Notes under the pieces: generated by a model
The model's input: only the letters and a program-made list of their open reading frames with translations
Database searches by the model: none
Told to the model about the DNA's origin: nothing
NCBI GenBank assembly: GCA_963663995.1
Contig: OY760660.1
Location: forward strand, 1,680,001 to 1,712,000
Direction of reading: 5' to 3'
Length of the DNA: 32,000 nt
From: Erysipelotrichaceae bacterium
GTDB lineage: Bacteria > Bacillota_I > Bacilli_A > Erysipelotrichales > Erysipelotrichaceae
Program-made: the position numbers and the translations under genes
Shown here: positions 8,557-17,260 of the stretch, in pieces
How positions within the stretch are numbered: the first letter of the stretch is position 1
Layout: every line of letters begins with the position of its first letter

Positions 8557-9234
8557 ATGAATTTTACAGTACTCTACATTATTGGGGTGGTTTTGATTCT
8601 TTATGTTTTCTACGAATCATTTCTCTTCTATAAAAAGGCTTATCAACGTGGACTAGAAATTGGAATGAGTGAAATGCAACTCAAAGAAACAACGCGCATG
8701 AGTGTTATCTTTTCAATTGTTCCATCGATTCCAATCCTCATTGGTTTAGTGACGATGATTCCACTCTTTGGAGATGTGGTCATTCCTTGGATTCGATTAT
8801 CTGTTGTTGGCTCAGTTTCCTATGAAACATATGCAGCCTTGGCAATTAAAAATGCAGCGAACATTATTAGTTTAACAGATGATTTAAAAGTTTATTCAAC
8901 CGCTATTTGGACAATGACCATTTCAATTATGAGTGGAGCTATAATTCTACTTTTCTTTTATCGCTCTTATCAAAGTAAACTTGCTTCAATTCGTGAGAAA
9001 AATGCAGCATGGTCGAATATTTTAATTTCTGCAATGTTCATGGGTTTAGTTGGAACAATTGGAGCACAACAACTTACTTTAGGTGGATATAATACCTTAG
9101 CTTTGTTTATTTCCATGGGAATAATGGGAGTACTTGGTGCGATATCACTGAGATATAAGTGGCTTGAAGAGTTTGCTTTACCGATTTCAATTTTAGGTAC
9201 ATTGGTCGCAATGTACTTTGTCTTGGGGATGTGA
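8557..9234 (+). CDS. Uncharacterised polytopic membrane protein (about 6 predicted hydrophobic helices)
   Basis: 225-aa ORF with repeated long hydrophobic stretches. AAGGGGG RBS at 8541-8547. Its stop overlaps the next gene's start region. No family was recognised with confidence. Confidence 0.7.
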   Translation: MNFTVLYIIGVVLILYVFYESFLFYKKAYQRGLEIGMSEMQLKETTRMSVIFSIVPSIPILIGLVTMIPLFGDVVIPWIRLSVVGSVSYETYAALAIKNAANIISLTDDLKVYSTAIWTMTISIMSGAIILLFFYRSYQSKLASIREKNAAWSNILISAMFMGLVGTIGAQQLTLGGYNTLALFISMGIMGVLGAISLRYKWLEEFALPISILGTLVAMYFVLGM

Positions 9235-9236
9235 TT

Positions 9237-9893
9237 ATGAAGAACGAATATATAGAACAAGTTCATAAACATGGATTTAGATTTGTGTTGATTGCAAGTT
9301 TATTAATGTTACTGGTACCACTCAGTTTTAGTATTATTCATAATGCGTGGCCAACTTTAGATTTAATTATTGTTGGGATGATGTCAGTTGGGGTCATATA
9401 TATACCTATTGGTATTATTGAGACCTTCACTTACTCACCAATGATGGGAGTAGGTGCAACCTACTTAGCGAATATAACAGGTAATGTTGCCAATATGAAA
9501 TTACCTGTATCATTGGCAGCGATGCGACAAGCAAAAGTTGATGCTGGCAGTGATGAGGGTGAAATCATTGCAACCTTAGCTGTTGCTTCAAGTTCGATGG
9601 TAACAATGTCTATTATCGCAGTGGGAGTTATTATTCTATTGCCATATTTAGATACAATAAAAGAATTTCTTGGTCCAGTTACCGACTATTTAGTCCCTGC
9701 TATATTTGGCGCATTAGGATTTGTTTTTATCTTTAGAAACTGGAAATTAACAGTTGTTCCATTAGTAGCGATGTTGATTTTATTTGCCTTCGTGATTAAA
9801 GATCCAACGGTACAACCAGCATTAGTACCAGTTGCATCAGTATTATCCTTGTTGGCAGCACGATTTATGTTTAAGAAAGGTTGGGTAGAATAA
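9237..9893 (+). CDS. Uncharacterised polytopic membrane protein, partner of 8557-9234
   Basis: 218 aa from ATG 9237 (GGGGA lies 6 nt upstream), or 220 aa from GTG 9231, which overlaps the upstream TGA. It is hydrophobic throughout, with one acidic loop (VDAGSDEGE). Its stop TAA shares an A with the next ATG (TAATG at 9891-9895). Confidence 0.7.
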   Translation: MKNEYIEQVHKHGFRFVLIASLLMLLVPLSFSIIHNAWPTLDLIIVGMMSVGVIYIPIGIIETFTYSPMMGVGATYLANITGNVANMKLPVSLAAMRQAKVDAGSDEGEIIATLAVASSSMVTMSIIAVGVIILLPYLDTIKEFLGPVTDYLVPAIFGALGFVFIFRNWKLTVVPLVAMLILFAFVIKDPTVQPALVPVASVLSLLAARFMFKKGWVE

Positions 9894-11227
9894 TGAATCA
9901 AGAAAATGCAAAGAAACATCTTCAGGATGTGATACAGTGTGAAACAGTTAGTTATTTAGATCGTTCACGTATTAATTTTAAAGAATATGATAAGTTTATA
10001 AAATTACTTAAAAAGAATTATCCACTGATTCATAAACACGCCAAATTAACAAAAGTTTTAGACTACTCTTTGATTTTTCATCTAAAAGGAAGTAGTGATA
10101 AAAAACCAATTGCTTTAATGGCTCATTATGATGTTGTTCCAGTTTCTGATAATTGGACAATGAAACCTTTTGGGGGTGAGGAAAAGGATGGCTATATTTA
10201 TGGTCGTGGTACCTTAGATATGAAAGGACATCTTATTGCTTTCATGGAAGCGACTGAATCACTTCTTGAAGAAGGATATAGCTTCGAAAGGGATGTTTAT
10301 TTACTGCTTGGACATAATGAAGAAACAGGCTCTAGTGTTAGTGATTCAGGTGCACGAAATGTCATGGAATATTTTAAAGAAAAAGGTATTGAGTTCTATT
10401 CTGTCATCGATGAAGGAGGTGCTTTCATTGATGGGAATGCATTTGGTATAGATGGTGTCATTGCGATGATAGGTGTTGGCGAAAAAGGTTATTTAGATGT
10501 TGAATTGAGTGCAAAACAAAATGGGGGACACGCCTCAATGCCACCTGCGAGATCTGCTTTATTTGAAGTTTTTGAAGCTGCTAGCAAGATGGAAAGTGAT
10601 AAGTTTAAACTCGACTTTAATGAAGCAACAGATGCTATGTTTGAGGCTCTAATTCCTCATATGAATTCAAAAATGAAGTTTGTATTTAAGAATCGTGAAC
10701 TTTTAAAACCATTTGTCTTAAGTGCTATGGCTAAAGATCCAAAAACAGCTGCAATCGTTCGTACAACTTCAGTTATGACCATGGCTCAAGGTTCAAAAGC
10801 ATCTAATGTTTTACCTCAAGTTGCGAAAGTGATGATTAATTGTCGTATTGTACCTAATGATAGTGTTGATCAAGTTGTTTCAAGAATTAAAGCAAGAGTA
10901 GGAAAAAACATTGAAGTCAAGGCTATTCAAAGTACAGAACCAACTTCAATTTCACCAGTCAATCATCCAGCCTTTAATGCAATTAAAGCAGCTATTGATA
11001 CACTCTATCCAAACTTTAAGGCAACAGCACCTTACTTAATGATTGCCGCAACAGACTCTCGTTTGTATCATGGTTTAGCTGAGGGTGTATATCGAATCAA
11101 TCCATTTGAATCAGCCTATGCCGATTTACATACCGTTCATGCCGATGATGAAAGAATTAGTTTAGATTCATTTTATAAAGGAATAGAATTCTTTAAAGTC
11201 ATTTTAAAAAATGCATCAAAAACATAA
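9893..11227 (+). CDS. M20/M25/M40 family metallopeptidase (carboxypeptidase / N-acyl-amino-acid amidohydrolase type)
   Basis: 444 aa from ATG 9893; the ORF track begins at TTG 9881. M20 metal and catalytic motifs are present: AHYDVVP, GRGTLDMKG, GHNEETG, IDEGG. AAAGG RBS at 9876-9880. Confidence 0.85.
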   Translation: MNQENAKKHLQDVIQCETVSYLDRSRINFKEYDKFIKLLKKNYPLIHKHAKLTKVLDYSLIFHLKGSSDKKPIALMAHYDVVPVSDNWTMKPFGGEEKDGYIYGRGTLDMKGHLIAFMEATESLLEEGYSFERDVYLLLGHNEETGSSVSDSGARNVMEYFKEKGIEFYSVIDEGGAFIDGNAFGIDGVIAMIGVGEKGYLDVELSAKQNGGHASMPPARSALFEVFEAASKMESDKFKLDFNEATDAMFEALIPHMNSKMKFVFKNRELLKPFVLSAMAKDPKTAAIVRTTSVMTMAQGSKASNVLPQVAKVMINCRIVPNDSVDQVVSRIKARVGKNIEVKAIQSTEPTSISPVNHPAFNAIKAAIDTLYPNFKATAPYLMIAATDSRLYHGLAEGVYRINPFESAYADLHTVHADDERISLDSFYKGIEFFKVILKNASKT

Positions 11228-11249
11228 AAAGCGCGATTATGCGCTTTTT
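11226..11249. terminator. Candidate bidirectional terminator between convergent M20 gene and plsC
   Basis: AAAAAGCGC (11226-11234), loop GATTAT, GCGCTTTTT (11241-11249). The perfect 9-bp arms give an A-tract/T-tract on either strand. It overlaps the last codons of plsC. The GC core is only 4 bp. Confidence 0.5.
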
Positions 11250-11920
11250 AGTTTACTTGTAATGATTTTTACACATTCATTCATAACTTCTTCATGAGTT
11301 TTCTGTCTAAAATCTTCAGGGAGAAGTGGTGGATGGAAGTGAACAGATAAAGTGTGTTTAATTGGATTTGTTCCATCACATTCAAATCCATAGTTTTGAG
11401 TTACACAAACAATTTTAGCTTTTGCTAAGAAAGCAGGTAAGACTGCACCAGCTTTAAAGGGAAGTAAGGCTTGTCCCTTAGCACGGGTTCCTTCTGGGAA
11501 AACTAAAACCGATTTGCTTGATTTAAGAAAACGAGTTGCTTGTCTTAACATCGAGACATTTTGATCAAAATCATCACGATCAAAGGTAATGAACTCAATT
11601 AGTTTTCCCCAATCAGCAATAACAGGTAACTTTAAGTTTTCTTTTTTAGAAATAAAAGTCATTGGCATTGGATTAGCGGCAATGAGAAGGAGTGGATCGA
11701 AAGTACCTTGATGATTTGAAATATAGTAAACAGCTTCATCACTGGGGATGTTTTCAACCCCAGTAAACTCTGTCTCAATCTTAAGGTCTTTATAAAAGTC
11801 TTTGCAGATGTCATGGATAATCGCATAACGACCAGCAAAATCAAGCGGTTCAGCTTCTTTGGTTTTAAGTTTAGCCTTAAGCAAGGTTTTAGAAAACTTC
11901 AACCATTGAATAATCTTCAC
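11237..11920 (-). CDS. plsC: 1-acyl-sn-glycerol-3-phosphate acyltransferase (LPLAT family)
   Basis: 227 aa. It has the acyltransferase HX4D motif (NHQGTFD) and the FPEGTR motif. It is the last gene of the fab operon. Confidence 0.85.
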   Translation of the reverse strand: MKIIQWLKFSKTLLKAKLKTKEAEPLDFAGRYAIIHDICKDFYKDLKIETEFTGVENIPSDEAVYYISNHQGTFDPLLLIAANPMPMTFISKKENLKLPVIADWGKLIEFITFDRDDFDQNVSMLRQATRFLKSSKSVLVFPEGTRAKGQALLPFKAGAVLPAFLAKAKIVCVTQNYGFECDGTNPIKHTLSVHFHPPLLPEDFRQKTHEEVMNECVKIITSKLKSA

Positions 11921-12349
11921 TTAGACACCTACTTTAAATATTAAATCTGCACTGGCTGCCAGCTTGTCGTTTACTGATGCTTCAGCATGGGCAAATCCTA
12001 CTGAACCTCTAAGTTTAGTGAGTTTAACGTGTAATTTCATCGTATCACCAGGGTAAACAGGTTGTTTAAAACGGACATTATCCATTCCTGCAAAGAAAGC
12101 AATTTTACCTTTGAATTCTTCTTTTGATAAAAGAAGAACAGCACCTGTTTGAGCTAAAGCTTCCATAATCATAACGCCTGGTAAGATGTGATGATTTGGA
12201 AAGTGACCCATGAATTGCATTTCATTTGCACTCACAGCTTTTACGCCGATAATCTCATCATCACCGATAATTTCATCGATACGATCCACTAAGAGAAATG
12301 GATAACGATGAGGAATGATTTCTTGAATTTGATTTGAATTATAAATCAT
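11921..12349 (-). CDS. fabZ: 3-hydroxyacyl-ACP dehydratase FabZ
   Basis: The hot-dog dehydratase motifs IIPHRYPFLLVD and GHFPNHHILPGV are present. I chose the start at ATG 12349 (142 aa), preceded by GGGAGGA and 1 nt after the fabF stop. The longer track ORF (to 12397) would overlap fabF. Confidence 0.93.
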   Translation of the reverse strand: MIYNSNQIQEIIPHRYPFLLVDRIDEIIGDDEIIGVKAVSANEMQFMGHFPNHHILPGVMIMEALAQTGAVLLLSKEEFKGKIAFFAGMDNVRFKQPVYPGDTMKLHVKLTKLRGSVGFAHAEASVNDKLAASADLIFKVGV

Positions 12350-12350
12350 C

Positions 12351-13589
12351 TTAATCCTCCCATTTCTTGATGATAATCGAAGCATTGTGTCCACCAAAAC
12401 CTAATGAGTTACTCATAACATATTTTAGGTCAGCTTTACGTGGCGTATTTGGGACGATATCTAAATCACAAAGTTCATCTTTGTTTTGATAGTTAATGGT
12501 TGGTGGAATTAAACCATTTTGTAGTGCTTTAACACAGATGATTGCTTCAACAGCACCCGAGGCACCTAGTAAGTGACCTGTATTTGATTTTGTGGACGAA
12601 ACTGGGACTTTATAGGCATAATCACCAAACGTTGTTTTAACAGCCTTAGTTTCAGTTTTGTCGTTTAATGGCGTAGATGTTCCATGCGCATTGATATAAG
12701 AAATATCACTTGGTTCAAGTTGAGCATCTTCAATCGCTAATTGCATAGCATAAGCACCCATTGCACCATCTTCTAAAGGAGCCGTAATATGGTTAGCATC
12801 ACATGATGCTCCATAACCGACCATTTCAGCATAGATTTTCGCGCCACGTTTTTTTGCGTGTTCTAACTCTTCAAGAATTAAGACAGCACCACCTTCACCC
12901 ATGATGAAACCAGCACGATCTGCATCAAATGGGATTGAAGCACGATTTTTATCTTCGGTTGTGTTTAGTGCTCTCATAACGGCAAAGCCAGCAATACCGA
13001 CAGGTGTAATCGCTGCTTCAGAACCACCCGTTAACATAACGTCTTGATAACCATCACGAATTTTGTGGAAAGCTTCACCAATTGCGTTTGTTCCTGCAGC
13101 ACAAGCAGTAACCACTGAAAAACATTGGCCTTGGGCTTTTTGATCAATCGCAACTTCACCTGCAGCTAAATTAATGAGAGTTTTAGGAATAAAGAATGGT
13201 GAGATACGGCTAGGACCTCTCTCAGTTAAACTATTACGGGCATCTTCTAATGATTGAAGACCACCAATTCCTGAACCTAAGATACAACCATATCTTAAGG
13301 CATTGATTTCTTCGACATTTAAGTTTGCATCGGCAACAGCTTGTTTTGCGGCAATACGAGCAAATAAAGTGAATAAATCATTGTTTTTACTTTCACGTAA
13401 TGTGAAGTATTGTTCAGTATCTAAATCTTTAACTTCAGCAGCAAGTTTAGCTTTGTGTTCAGTTGTATCGAAGCGAGTAATGAAGTCAATACCACATTTT
13501 CCGTCTTCAATGCCTTTCCACATTTCATCAACTGTATTTCCAATTGGGGTAACAGCCCCAAGTCCAGTAATAACAACTCTTCTTTTCAT
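12351..13589 (-). CDS. fabF: 3-oxoacyl-ACP synthase II
   Basis: It has the KAS II active-site Cys (VVTACAAGTNAIG) and the His motifs (NAHGTSTP, TGHLLGASG). ATG 13589 is preceded by GAGGG, whereas the track's GTG 13601 overlaps the fabG stop. Confidence 0.95.
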   Translation of the reverse strand: MKRRVVITGLGAVTPIGNTVDEMWKGIEDGKCGIDFITRFDTTEHKAKLAAEVKDLDTEQYFTLRESKNNDLFTLFARIAAKQAVADANLNVEEINALRYGCILGSGIGGLQSLEDARNSLTERGPSRISPFFIPKTLINLAAGEVAIDQKAQGQCFSVVTACAAGTNAIGEAFHKIRDGYQDVMLTGGSEAAITPVGIAGFAVMRALNTTEDKNRASIPFDADRAGFIMGEGGAVLILEELEHAKKRGAKIYAEMVGYGASCDANHITAPLEDGAMGAYAMQLAIEDAQLEPSDISYINAHGTSTPLNDKTETKAVKTTFGDYAYKVPVSSTKSNTGHLLGASGAVEAIICVKALQNGLIPPTINYQNKDELCDLDIVPNTPRKADLKYVMSNSLGFGGHNASIIIKKWED

Positions 13590-13597
13590 ATTTTCCC

Positions 13598-14332
13598 TCA
13601 CATGACCATTCCGCCATCAACATTGATGACTTGGCCGGTAATATAACTTGCGTTATCAGAAGCTAGAAATAATGCACAATGGGCAATATCTTCTACGCTT
13701 CCAAAACGATTTAATGGAATTTGTTTTAGAATACCGTCTTTAACAGTATCGTTTAAGACATCTGTCATTTTAGTTTGGATAAAACCAGGGGCAATTGCAT
13801 TTGCGGTAATATTTCTGCTAGCTAGTTCTCTTGCGACAGATTTTGTGAAAGCAATTAAACCACCTTTTGAGGCTGCATAGTTTGCTTGACCCATATTTCC
13901 AATTTGTCCAATGACACTAGACATATTGATGATACGACCAAAACGAGCTTTCATCATTGGTTTTAAAACGGCTTGAGTGACATTGAATGCACCTTTTAAA
14001 TTGGTATCGATAACAGCGTCGAAATCTTCTTCTTTCATACGCATTAGTAATCCATCTCGTGTAATCCCTGAGTTATTTACTAAAACATCAATCTTTTCAA
14101 ATTTTTCTAAGGTAGCAGTTATCATTGCTTGGACTGAGGAACTATCACTGACATCGCAACCAACAACGAGTGTTTCAACACCGAGTGCTTCACATTCTTT
14201 CGCAACTGCTTCTGCGCCTTCTTTTGAGCGAGCATAATTAATGACAACATTGTAGCCTTCTTTCGCAAAAGCGAGGGCAATCCCTGCACCAATGCCACCA
14301 GAAGATCCAGTTATAAGGGCAACTTTACTCAT
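13598..14332 (-). CDS. fabG: 3-oxoacyl-ACP reductase
   Basis: 244-aa SDR with TGSSGGIG, NNSG and YAASKGG (YxxxK) motifs. Its position in the operon fits. Confidence 0.93.
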   Translation of the reverse strand: MSKVALITGSSGGIGAGIALAFAKEGYNVVINYARSKEGAEAVAKECEALGVETLVVGCDVSDSSSVQAMITATLEKFEKIDVLVNNSGITRDGLLMRMKEEDFDAVIDTNLKGAFNVTQAVLKPMMKARFGRIINMSSVIGQIGNMGQANYAASKGGLIAFTKSVARELASRNITANAIAPGFIQTKMTDVLNDTVKDGILKQIPLNRFGSVEDIAHCALFLASDNASYITGQVINVDGGMVM

Positions 14333-15249
14333 GATAATAGTCCTTTCAGTTCATTTAATTGAGCCATTGATTCAACGGTATAGACATCTACATTTTCATT
14401 TATTTGTTTAACAAATGAACTTAGTGTCTTACCAGGTCCAATTTCAATAAATGTATCAATCCCATCTAGAATCATTTGAGAAACCATTTTCTCAAACAAG
14501 ACTGAATGTGATATTTGACGGGTTAGAAGATCTTTTGAGAATTCAGCAGTGTCACCAATTACATTGTAGTAAACAGGTATATCAGGAGTCTTGAATTCGA
14601 TGGGTTCAAGAACTTTAACTAAATTTTTACTTGCATCCTCAAGTAGTGCTGAATGGAAAGCTCCAGATACACGAAGCGGAATAACACGACCAACCTTTTC
14701 TTCTTTTAAAACTTCTTCAGCTTTTTTTAAACCAGCAAGTTCACCGGTTAATACGATTTGTTTTGGTGAATTGTAGTTGGCAATTTGAACTAAACCCTTG
14801 TCTTGAATATCATCTTCCATAATGCGTTTTGCGATATAAGCTTGATCACCGTTGATCACAGCGCTCATACTTGTTGTTCCGCTTGGTAGAGCTGTCGCCA
14901 TAATGATGCCTCTTTGTCTGACAATATTTAACGCAGTATTGAAATCAATCGCATTAGCGTAAGTTAGAGCACTATATTCGCCCAAACTCAGCCCACCAAC
15001 AGCACTAGGCTTTATCCCGAGTGACTCAACTGCTTTGGCAATGGCTATTGAGGTTGCGAGTAAACAAGATTGTGTATACTCAGTTTGATTGATTCTTTCT
15101 TGGCTATCTGTAAAACAGATTTCTTTTAAATCAAAGTCTAAATCTACAGAATCATAGACAGCTTTGCTAACCTTAGAATCTTGATAAAAATCTTGACCCA
15201 TACCTACTTTCTGAGCACCTTGCCCAGCGAATAAGAAAGCTATTTTCAT
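14329..15249 (-). CDS. fabD: Malonyl-CoA:ACP transacylase
   Basis: 306 aa. It has FAGQGAQ and the active-site GLSLGEYSA (GxSxG). It overlaps fabG by 4 nt. Confidence 0.93.
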   Translation of the reverse strand: MKIAFLFAGQGAQKVGMGQDFYQDSKVSKAVYDSVDLDFDLKEICFTDSQERINQTEYTQSCLLATSIAIAKAVESLGIKPSAVGGLSLGEYSALTYANAIDFNTALNIVRQRGIIMATALPSGTTSMSAVINGDQAYIAKRIMEDDIQDKGLVQIANYNSPKQIVLTGELAGLKKAEEVLKEEKVGRVIPLRVSGAFHSALLEDASKNLVKVLEPIEFKTPDIPVYYNVIGDTAEFSKDLLTRQISHSVLFEKMVSQMILDGIDTFIEIGPGKTLSSFVKQINENVDVYTVESMAQLNELKGLLS

Positions 15250-16307
15250 ATGTCTAAACCCTCCTTCATCTCAGATAGTAATTCATTCATTAAATCATGA
15301 ACTGAGTAGATTTTTTTAACACGATATCCATTAGAACCAGTAAAGACTAAACCATTATCGGTATTACCTTTAACCGCTTCGATTAAAGCTTCTGTAATGC
15401 AGTAAGGAGTGGTTGGAGGATGACAAGGTTTTAAACAGTTCACACAATGAATTGGCGGAACACGTTGTTCTCTCATCTTCTTAACAAAGGGATTGACCCA
15501 AGCACGACCATGATAACCAGCAGGAGATATGACAAGATCAATATCTTCTTCCTTACCATTTAAGAAAACTTCTTTAAATTTCATATCGGCATCACATTCA
15601 TAAGTACCGATGAAACGGGTAGCCATTTGCACAGCGTCCGCTCCGAGTTTAATAAACTTCGCAATATCAAATCCAGTGAAGACACCACCAGCGGCTACTA
15701 AAGGAATTTTATGTCCTAAGTTTTCTAAGGCTGCTTTTGTTTCTACCACGATTTCTTCTAATGTTTGGGTTGTCTTTACACGTAATTGATCTGGATCAAA
15801 ACCTAAATGACCGCCCGCCATAGGACCTTCAATAATAATGAAGTCTGGTAAACGATCATGACGACTTAACCAACGTTTGCATAATAGAACCGCTGCTTTA
15901 GCACTTGAAACAATAGGAGCTAAAGCAATTTTTGGGTTGGTGATAAAGGATGGTAGCTCTAGCGGTAGACCGGCTCCAGAAATAACCACATCAATATCTA
16001 AATCATTCATCGATTTAGCATATTCACCATAATATTCCATCGCAACCATCAAGTTAATACCTAAAGCACCTTTGCCTTTAGAAATTTCTCTTGCCTTTGC
16101 GACTTCTTCTTTTAAAGCTTGGATGTTTGCTTTAACTGTCTCCCTAACAAAGTTGTCCTTTGCATAACCAGGTTGTGCTGCAGAGATGACACCTAAGCCA
16201 CCTTCTTTCATCACATTCCCAGCTAAACCAGATAAACTAACACCAATCCCCATACCACCTTGAATAATAGGGACATCAAGTTTTATATTCTTAAACACTA
16301 AACTCAT
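15246..16307 (-). CDS. Nitronate-monooxygenase/FabK-family FMN oxidoreductase paralogue with C-terminal 4-Cys motif (FabX-like candidate; function unproven)
   Basis: 353 aa with NMO-fold motifs (PIIQGGMG, EGPMAGGHLG, AAGGVFTG, QMATRF). It is clearly diverged from the adjacent canonical FabK. C288-x2-C291-x3-C295-x7-C303 (HCVNCLKPCHPPTTPYC) is encoded at 15399-15446. It has 4-nt overlaps with both neighbouring genes. Confidence 0.6.
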   Translation of the reverse strand: MSLVFKNIKLDVPIIQGGMGIGVSLSGLAGNVMKEGGLGVISAAQPGYAKDNFVRETVKANIQALKEEVAKAREISKGKGALGINLMVAMEYYGEYAKSMNDLDIDVVISGAGLPLELPSFITNPKIALAPIVSSAKAAVLLCKRWLSRHDRLPDFIIIEGPMAGGHLGFDPDQLRVKTTQTLEEIVVETKAALENLGHKIPLVAAGGVFTGFDIAKFIKLGADAVQMATRFIGTYECDADMKFKEVFLNGKEEDIDLVISPAGYHGRAWVNPFVKKMREQRVPPIHCVNCLKPCHPPTTPYCITEALIEAVKGNTDNGLVFTGSNGYRVKKIYSVHDLMNELLSEMKEGLDI

Positions 16308-17248
16308 TTCAAATCCTTTAACTTCGTTTCTAAGTGTTTGAGCTGTACTTTAGCTTCAGCAGTCATAGAATCAAAGATTTGACGTAAGGTGGTTTTTTCT
16401 TTGACTAAACCAGCAATTTGACCCATCATTACAGACCCTGAGTCCATATCCCCTTCAAAGACAGCACGACGTAAAGAACCAAGTGTTAAACGTTCGAAAT
16501 CCTCACGATTTGCACCTTCTTTTTCTAATTTTAAATACTCATTAGACATACGATTTTTCTTAATACGTACAGGAGCACCTAAGCTACGTCCAGTAACAAC
16601 AGTGTCTGTATCTTTAGAAGAAATAATAGCTTGACGATAATTTTCATGGATTGGACATTCTTCAGCGGCTAATAAAACAGTTCCAAGTTGTACGCCAATC
16701 GCACCAAGTGATAGAGCAGCATTGAAGCCACGACCATCAGCAATACCACCAGCCGCAATAACTGGAATACTTAAAGCATCGACAACTTGAGGAATAAGCG
16801 CCATTGTTGTTAATTCACCAACGTGACCGCCTGCTTCAGTTCCTTCAGCAATGACCATATCAGCACCAGCTCTTTCCATACGAATCGCTAAAGCAACCGT
16901 TGGAACAATAGGAATAATCATAATGCCAAGTTCTTTTAACTTAGCCATATATTTACCAGGGTTACCAGCACCAGTTGTGACGACCTTTGGTTTGAGTTCA
17001 TAAATAACTTCGAAGATATCATCTGAATGTGGATTCATGAGCATTACATTAACGCCAAAAGGTTTGTCAGTTAATGTACGACATTTCTCGATGGATGCAC
17101 GAACTAAATCAGGTGTCATTGCACCTGTTCCAATAATCCCTAAACCACCTTCATTTGATACTGCAGCTGCAAATTCTGCAGTTGCGATGTTGGCCATAGC
17201 CCCTTGTACAATAGGATATTCAATACCAAGTTTTTGATTTAATAACAT
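16304..17248 (-). CDS. fabK: Enoyl-ACP reductase II (FMN-dependent)
   Basis: 314 aa, collinear with streptococcal FabK: YPIVQGAMA, PFGVNVMLMNP, VVTTGAGNPGKYM, AEGTEAGGHVGELTTM, IPVIAAGGIADGRG, GSVMMGQIAGLV. Confidence 0.9.
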   Translation of the reverse strand: MLLNQKLGIEYPIVQGAMANIATAEFAAAVSNEGGLGIIGTGAMTPDLVRASIEKCRTLTDKPFGVNVMLMNPHSDDIFEVIYELKPKVVTTGAGNPGKYMAKLKELGIMIIPIVPTVALAIRMERAGADMVIAEGTEAGGHVGELTTMALIPQVVDALSIPVIAAGGIADGRGFNAALSLGAIGVQLGTVLLAAEECPIHENYRQAIISSKDTDTVVTGRSLGAPVRIKKNRMSNEYLKLEKEGANREDFERLTLGSLRRAVFEGDMDSGSVMMGQIAGLVKEKTTLRQIFDSMTAEAKVQLKHLETKLKDLK

Positions 17249-17260
17249 ATTTGTTTCTCC

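Noticed and set aside
12350-12397. N-terminal extensions proposed by the ORF track for fabZ (to 12397), fabF (13601), accC (21272), ppx (23893), the M20 gene (9881) and birA (22119).
   Set aside because: In each case except birA, an internal ATG has a proper SD at the right spacing and removes an overlap with the upstream gene. The extra residues are not part of the conserved family N-termini. For birA there is no SD; ATG 22146 was chosen because it keeps the promoter-like TGGTATAAT (22130-22138) outside the coding sequence. GTG 22119 remains possible for birA.
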